A stretch of 64,000 bases of DNA from Chloroflexota bacterium. Lineage in GTDB: Bacteria; Chloroflexota; Dehalococcoidia; Lucifugimonadales; Lucifugimonadaceae. Shown in pieces: positions 58,603 to 64,000 of the stretch (position 1 is the first letter of the stretch; the number at the start of each line of letters is the position of its first letter). The notes below the pieces were generated by a model that saw nothing but the letters and a program-made list of their open reading frames with translations, was not told where the DNA came from and did no database searches. A program made the position numbers and the translations under genes. The DNA is taken from contig PBHC01000012.1 of NCBI GenBank assembly GCA_002719295.1, forward strand, positions 109,930 through 173,929. Reading direction: 5' to 3'.

Positions 58603-60531
58603 ATGAAAAAAATAGCTATATTTATATTTCTACTATTTATTTTTTCTTGTTCTGATAATTCAGAAGAATCTATCAATAATAATTTAATTGAAGATAATAC
58701 TTCCATACAATTAGAAAATGATAAAGCTGAAGAAAAAATAAATCAGAAAGACCCTAAAGATTATAATAAAAATACACCTTCGCCCTCAGATCATAATAAT
58801 CAAACTTCAGAGACTAAAGAAATATATGATAAATCCTCTGTTATTTCGGTAGATTTCGGCCCTGAATCTGGAAATTATATTAGAGCAAATTATAGAGTAA
58901 AGGAACAATTGGCTAGGCTGCCTTCTCCAATTGAAGCTATCGGATACACAGATTCTATAACAGGAGGGATTTATATTGATGCACAAGGGGTTCCAAATAA
59001 AAACTCAATTATTAATATTGATTTATCTACACTAAAAAGTGATGAATCACGAAGAGATAATTATTTGAGAGGTAGCTCTTTAGAAACAGATAAATTTCCT
59101 AAGGCTGTATTTGAAATAAGAGAAATCGCAGGGTTTGATTTAAGTTCTCTGATTACTTTACAAAAAAATGATTTTCAGATGCAATTGATAGGTGATCTTA
59201 CTATTCATGGGGTTACAAAAAGAAAAACATGGAATATTGATGCTACGTATGAATTGGGAAAACTAAAAGGTAAAGCTTCTCTTTCATTTCCATTTAGCGA
59301 TTTTGATATGGATATTCCTAAACTTTTCTTTATTATTAGCGTTGAGGATAAAATTACACTAGAATTAGACTTTGATGTTTTATTAAGCTTAGACTCTACA
59401 ATAGATCTTACTTCTAAATCAGTTCCTCAGTTTATTTCAGAGCAAATAGGTGCAAATAAACCAAATTCCTTATATACGAATGCTTGGCTATGCGCAGATG
59501 ATAAAACTGTTTTAGTTGATGATCTTTCAACACAAATAGAGGAAACATGGAAATGCTATGTAGATATAGAACTATCCGATGATTCTGTCGTAGTTACTAG
59601 CACAGGTATCCCAAATCATGATTTTCAATCTGGATTAGGCTGTTGTGCAGAAGAAGTAAATTATCAATGGATTATTCCGACAAATCCTCAGATCAATGAA
59701 ACTATTACCATGGCTCCTGATAGAGGAGCTGTGGCTATTACCGTAACGGGAGTCCCAATATTTGGCCCTGAAGAAGGACCTGGGGGTGATGCTGTTGCAT
59801 TGCACTTTGATTATTTTGAAGAGGACAGGCAACCTATAGAAATTGGTGTGTGCGGAGGACATTCTGCTGGAGCTTATTTTCATTATCATTTTGATGCCAA
59901 TTGTATGCATTGGCACCCTGAGGGGACAGGCTTAGATTGGGAAGATTGGGATTATAGGACCTCCTTAGATACTAGCGAACACTCTCCTATAATAGGATTT
60001 GCTTTTGATGGATTCCCCATTTATGGTCCTTATGGCTGGGATTCTTATAAAAATGTTATAGAAATCACGTCAAGCTATAGATTGAAAAAAGATTCTAATG
60101 GATATGGAGGTATAGATGATTGGGAATATATTGAAGGATTAGGAGATACGGATGAATGCAATGGGATTTCAAGTCCTACCCCAGAAGTTCCGGACGGGAT
60201 TTATCATTACGTTAGCTCCATAAGAAATGGAGAAGGAGAAATTGGATTTCCTTATTTTTTACTTTGCTATCATGGAATTCCAGAACAATCTAATTTTGAT
60301 AAAGGAGGAACACAGCAAGGACCTCCACTCAGAAATCAAATGCAAGGAAATCCAAATAGAAGAAGCCAATCTCCTGACTTTACTGAAGCAGCATCTAAAT
60401 TAGGAATTTCTCAGAAAGAGCTATTATCTGCATTAGGAGGCCCGCCGCCTGACTTAGAAAAAGCTGCAGAAGTACTTGGTGTATCAATTGATGAACTAAG
60501 AGAAATCATCCCTCTTCCGCCTAGAAGGTAA
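58603..60531 (+). CDS. Lipoprotein: YceI-like domain + YHYH domain + C-terminal helical repeat
   Basis: Lipobox FSC; YceI (Y.V.EQL, SDE.RRD, GDLTIHGVT); YHYH (CGGH...YFHYH, IIGFAFDGFPIYGPYG, DECNG, YHY); two PD..AA..LG.S..EL repeats. Confidence 0.8.
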   Translation: MKKIAIFIFLLFIFSCSDNSEESINNNLIEDNTSIQLENDKAEEKINQKDPKDYNKNTPSPSDHNNQTSETKEIYDKSSVISVDFGPESGNYIRANYRVKEQLARLPSPIEAIGYTDSITGGIYIDAQGVPNKNSIINIDLSTLKSDESRRDNYLRGSSLETDKFPKAVFEIREIAGFDLSSLITLQKNDFQMQLIGDLTIHGVTKRKTWNIDATYELGKLKGKASLSFPFSDFDMDIPKLFFIISVEDKITLELDFDVLLSLDSTIDLTSKSVPQFISEQIGANKPNSLYTNAWLCADDKTVLVDDLSTQIEETWKCYVDIELSDDSVVVTSTGIPNHDFQSGLGCCAEEVNYQWIIPTNPQINETITMAPDRGAVAITVTGVPIFGPEEGPGGDAVALHFDYFEEDRQPIEIGVCGGHSAGAYFHYHFDANCMHWHPEGTGLDWEDWDYRTSLDTSEHSPIIGFAFDGFPIYGPYGWDSYKNVIEITSSYRLKKDSNGYGGIDDWEYIEGLGDTDECNGISSPTPEVPDGIYHYVSSIRNGEGEIGFPYFLLCYHGIPEQSNFDKGGTQQGPPLRNQMQGNPNRRSQSPDFTEAASKLGISQKELLSALGGPPPDLEKAAEVLGVSIDELREIIPLPPRR

Positions 60532-60575
60532 CAAATAAAAGAGATTTTTTTTAATAAATCTTGTAATTAATTCTG

Positions 60576-60605
60576 TTGACTTAATTAGAACACTTGTTCT
60601 AAAAT
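60576..60605 (+). promoter_or_regulatory. Sigma70-type promoter
   Basis: TTGACT (60576-60581), 18 nt spacer, TAAAAT (60600-60605); AAGGAG RBS at 60623-60628. Confidence 0.7.
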
Positions 60606-60618
60606 GAACATATGTTCT
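60587..60618. promoter_or_regulatory. Two tandem LexA (SOS/Cheo) boxes
   Basis: AGAACACTTGTTCT (60587-60600) and TGAACATATGTTCT (60605-60618) both match GAAC-N4-GTTC exactly and flank the -10 element. Confidence 0.88.
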
Positions 60619-60635
60619 AATTAAGGAGTTTATTA

Positions 60636-61157
60636 ATGACAACGAAATTTTCAGAAAATGTTTTCAGTAATACTGAAGAAACTAAATTATTAACAGATAA
60701 TAATTTGATAAGATCTATAGCCTCAAGCATAATCAATAAAAAAGAATGTCAATATGATGTAGGAGTTGAATGTTTTTATTGCTGGCACGAAGCAATGAAT
60801 GATTTAAGAATATGGACATTAGTTAAGAACAATCATGAATATTCTAAGTGCGCTGTATTTAGTTCTTTGATAATAGAATGCTTGTATCCAGCTGTATTAA
60901 AGATGATTAATAAAGTCAATGAATTTAATAATTTTGATTTTCTTTTTTCAAAAAACCATAATGAAATATCATATGATAAATCAAAGTATGTTTTTTCTAA
61001 TAAATTGGATCATTCTGATAAATTTTTGATAGCAGAAAATATTGATCTATATGGTCAAAACTTAGATTCAATAAATGCTTTAGTGAAAATAAATGTTCTT
61101 AAAAACAGGTACTCTCAAGAATATTTTTATGTTTCTAATAATTGTAATCATATTTAG
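60636..61157 (+). CDS. Cys-containing hypothetical protein, predicted LexA-regulated
   Basis: Strong RBS; C-x7-C-x2-C-x-H cluster near the N-terminus. Confidence 0.75.
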   Translation: MTTKFSENVFSNTEETKLLTDNNLIRSIASSIINKKECQYDVGVECFYCWHEAMNDLRIWTLVKNNHEYSKCAVFSSLIIECLYPAVLKMINKVNEFNNFDFLFSKNHNEISYDKSKYVFSNKLDHSDKFLIAENIDLYGQNLDSINALVKINVLKNRYSQEYFYVSNNCNHI

Positions 61158-61167
61158 GAGTGCTGTA

Positions 61168-61506
61168 ATGACAATGATTGAAAATAATAATTCAGCTTCT
61201 AAAGATTTTTTTCTTGATGATGGCTGTGAATATTCAAAAAGTTGCTTAGAATGCCCTTTGACTCTTTGTAAATATGATGATCCTATCTTGGATAATTCTA
61301 AATCAAAAAATAATAGAAATATTATTATTGCTAATATGAAAAAAAGCAATATGACAAATAAAGATATAGCCGAAACATTGAATATTTCTACTAGAACTGT
61401 TCATCGAGTTTTGAGCCAAGAAAATATTATTAGTCAAAAATTTGTACTAGACCTCAAGAATCAAAATATAATCAAAAAAACTCATTTGATTAGTATGAGG
61501 AACTAA
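61168..61506 (+). CDS. Cys4 metal-binding + helix-turn-helix protein
   Basis: AGGAG RBS before ATG 61168; DDGCEYSKSCLECPLTLCKYDD, then HTH TNKDIAETLNISTRTVHRVL. Confidence 0.8.
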   Translation: MTMIENNNSASKDFFLDDGCEYSKSCLECPLTLCKYDDPILDNSKSKNNRNIIIANMKKSNMTNKDIAETLNISTRTVHRVLSQENIISQKFVLDLKNQNIIKKTHLISMRN

Positions 61507-61652
61507 GTCAAATCTCTTCTTTGGATAAAGGTTTCTAAGAAAAGTTGTGTTCAAGATTTTACTCCCCAAAAAACATAAAGTTTTTGAAACTACAGGTTTT
61601 CTATATAAACTACCTCGAACGCTTTATTTAAAGAAGAGATTTTAATGTAAAA

Positions 61653-62300
61653 TCAATTTCCTACAAGAAGCATTGATCTTTCTGCAATATTTACGCCTCT
61701 ATCAGCAATTCTTTCCAGGTTATGAGCAACCCATAGTAGATATGTTGCTCTTTCTATCTCAAGGGGTTTATTCTTCATTAGTTGAATCAACCTGCCTCTA
61801 ACATCAGAATTTAACTTATCAATAACGTCGTCCTGTTTTTTTATCTTATTAAATCTAGTTTTTACTTCCTTGGGGTCTTTTATTAAGAATGTTTCAGTAC
61901 TCATTCGTAATATTTCAACTGTATTTATACTCATCTGAGGAATAATTACTAGATCTGTTGGAAGTGGCCTTACTCCCATTTTTATTGTTAGAACAGCTAT
62001 TCCTTCAGCATAATCTCCAATTCTCTCTAATTCCTCAATAACATACATACAAGAAACTATTTCACGTAAATCTGATGCTAAAGGTGCTTGCCTTCTTAAA
62101 ATTCCCATACATAGCTCTTCTAGGTCATCACACATTTTATCTATAACATCATCACCCTTTATTACATCTTTAGCCAATTCCATATTTTGTTCTAGTAAAG
62201 AATTTATGGATTTTTCAATTGATGATTCAACTGTGGATGCCATTATTTTAATTTCAGTTTCTAATCTTTCAAGTTCCTGATCAAACTCTACTCTTGCCAT
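61653..62300 (-). CDS. phoU: Phosphate signalling/transport regulator PhoU
   Basis: D..ID, Q.P.ASDLR, ELERIGDYA..IA, LERIADR..NIAE. Confidence 0.95.
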   Translation of the reverse strand: MARVEFDQELERLETEIKIMASTVESSIEKSINSLLEQNMELAKDVIKGDDVIDKMCDDLEELCMGILRRQAPLASDLREIVSCMYVIEELERIGDYAEGIAVLTIKMGVRPLPTDLVIIPQMSINTVEILRMSTETFLIKDPKEVKTRFNKIKKQDDVIDKLNSDVRGRLIQLMKNKPLEIERATYLLWVAHNLERIADRGVNIAERSMLLVGN

Positions 62301-63100
62301 TATCCTATCCTTCCAGTCACATAGTCTTCTGTTCTTTTATCTTTTGGATTTCCAAAAACTGAGTCATTTGTACCATACTCTATTAGTTCTCCAATTCTTT
62401 CTTGCCCAGCCATCATAACAGCAGCATAATCACAAATTCTTGTAGCTTGTTGCATGTTATGGGTTACTATTACAATAGTTACATTTGTGGATAATTCTTT
62501 AATTAAGTCTTCTAATTTTGAAGTAGATACAGGGTCTAGAGCAGAAGCAGGTTCATCCATCAAAATTATGTCTGGATTGACTGCGAGTGCTCTTGCTATA
62601 CATAATCTTTGTTGTTGTCCTCCAGATAACTCTAATCCATTATCATCAAGCCTGTCCTTTACTTCTTCCCACAATGCCGCTTTCTGTAAGGATGTCTCTA
62701 CTATGCTTTCTATTTCATTATTCTTAAATCCATTTATTTTAGGCCCAAATGCTACATTTTCAAAAATGCTTTTAGGGAACGGATTTGGTTTTTGGAATAC
62801 CATACCAATTTTGAATCTTATATATGTTGGATCTGATTTAGGAGAGTAAATCGATGTTTCGTTATACTTAACATCCCCTTCAACTTTGGCAGTTGGGATT
62901 AAGTCGTTCATTCGGTTAAAACAGCGAATCAAGGTACTTTTACCACATCCAGAAGGTCCTATTAAGGCTACGATTTTATTTCTAGGGACATTAAAAGATA
63001 CTTTATCTACAGCTTTAGTTTTTCCATAATAGACTGATAGGTCTTCAGTTGTTAAGATCGCCTCATTCTGATCAATTGTGTCTATGTGCTCTTTTCCCAT
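62300..63100 (-). CDS. pstB: Phosphate ABC transporter ATPase
   Basis: [49 protein letters not shown]. Confidence 0.96.
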   Translation of the reverse strand: MGKEHIDTIDQNEAILTTEDLSVYYGKTKAVDKVSFNVPRNKIVALIGPSGCGKSTLIRCFNRMNDLIPTAKVEGDVKYNETSIYSPKSDPTYIRFKIGMVFQKPNPFPKSIFENVAFGPKINGFKNNEIESIVETSLQKAALWEEVKDRLDDNGLELSGGQQQRLCIARALAVNPDIILMDEPASALDPVSTSKLEDLIKELSTNVTIVIVTHNMQQATRICDYAAVMMAGQERIGELIEYGTNDSVFGNPKDKRTEDYVTGRIG

Positions 63101-63189
63101 TTTATGAACAATCTGTATTTGTTTATTCTTATATATATTAACACATCATAATTTATAATTGTTAAGAGACTATTAATAATGTTATCCCA

Positions 63190-64000
63190 ATGGAAGATAT
63201 ATATAACTTAACGAAAAAACAAATTATTGAACTTATGGAAAAAAATAATTTTCCAAAATTTCGAGTGGATCAATTATGGAGATATTTGTATAAAAATGAT
63301 CTAAATAAATTTGATGATATGACGAATATTTCAAAAGAATTAATTGTTTTTTTAAAGAAATATTTTTATATAGGAAGTGTAGAAGAAGTTAGAAGTATTA
63401 TTTCGAAGGACAAATCAACATATAAAAGTTTATTTTCATTAAAAGATCGCCAAAATGTAGAATCAGTATTGATGAATTATCCTTCAGATGATCATAGAAA
63501 ACCTAGAAAAACTATTTGTATTTCAAGTCAGGTAGGGTGTGCATTAGGATGTACTTTTTGCGCAACTGGGCAACAAGGCTTTACGAGGCATCTATCTTCA
63601 GGTGAAATTATTTCTCAGGTACTTTATTATAAGCAATTAGATAATAAAGGTTTTTTTGATAAAGTCCTAGATAAACCAGAAAAATCCTATAAAGGGATAA
63701 AAAATATTGTTTTTATGGGAATGGGCGAACCTTTAGCAAATTATGAAAATACTATTAATGCAATTAGGATATTAAATGATAGCCAAGGCACAAATTTTGG
63801 TGCTAGAAATATCACTGTTTCTACAGTTGGATTAGTTCCACAGATCTTAAAATTAGCAGATGAAAAAATACAAATAAATTTAGCTGTATCTATCCATGCT
63901 CCTGATAATGAAACAAGATCTCAAACAGTACCAGTAAATAAAAGGTATCCAATAGAAATGTTAATCGATGCATGTAAGGAATATATAAAAAAAACAAATA
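63190..64000 (+). CDS. rlmN: 23S rRNA (adenine2503-C2)-methyltransferase RlmN, 3'-truncated (not in ORF track)
   Basis: Hand translation MEDIYNL...FRVDQLWRYLY...VESVLM...TICISSQVGCALGCTFCATGQQG...NIVFMGMGEPLANY...ITVSTVG...LAVSIHAP. Confidence 0.95.
   Translation, partial: MEDIYNLTKKQIIELMEKNNFPKFRVDQLWRYLYKNDLNKFDDMTNISKELIVFLKKYFYIGSVEEVRSIISKDKSTYKSLFSLKDRQNVESVLMNYPSDDHRKPRKTICISSQVGCALGCTFCATGQQGFTRHLSSGEIISQVLYYKQLDNKGFFDKVLDKPEKSYKGIKNIVFMGMGEPLANYENTINAIRILNDSQGTNFGARNITVSTVGLVPQILKLADEKIQINLAVSIHAPDNETRSQTVPVNKRYPIEMLIDACKEYIKKTN

Noticed and set aside
61080..61349. 89-aa minus-strand ORF as an antisense toxin
   Set aside because: It overlaps two plus-strand genes that have clear RBSs, and its hydrophobicity is expected from the antisense of AT-rich codons.
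3262..62849. Many short antisense or alternative-frame ORFs in the track (e.g. 3262, 3487, 6327, 7128, 14489, 29733, 33286, 38391, 59635, 62454)
   Set aside because: They lie wholly within well-supported genes and read as shadow translations.
1..64000. CRISPR array, rRNA, transposase or integrase
   Set aside because: No regularly spaced repeats, long GC-rich non-coding tracts or recombinase motifs seen by eye.

Overview
AT-rich, densely coding bacterial chromosome segment. Several features point to a streamlined marine Chloroflexota (SAR202/Dehalococcoidia-like) genome; this is an inference. They are GAAC-N4-GTTC LexA boxes, multiple enolase-superfamily, Zn-ADH and MFS paralogs, a GMC oxidoreductase and a blue-copper lipoprotein. 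Housekeeping genes present: argC, nth, polyprenyl synthase, metG, rsmI, lipA, rlmD, maf, tatABC, lexA, rpsT, rel, fabF, folC, pstB-phoU, rlmN, tRNA-Glu and tRNA-Arg. These are interleaved with catabolic genes, an NAD-formate dehydrogenase and a five-gene carotenoid-glycoside cluster. Two signals stand out that the ORF track does not show. (1) Two perfect tandem LexA/SOS boxes sit over a sigma70 promoter driving two uncharacterised Cys-rich genes, one a Cys4 plus HTH protein (60576-61506). (2) An inverted copy of the promoter and 5' half of tRNA-Arg(CCT) brackets, with the intact tRNA, a 2.4 kb cassette that includes a putative R-S-E ADP-ribosyltransferase (46441-49015). No CRISPR array, rRNA, integrase or transposase was seen.
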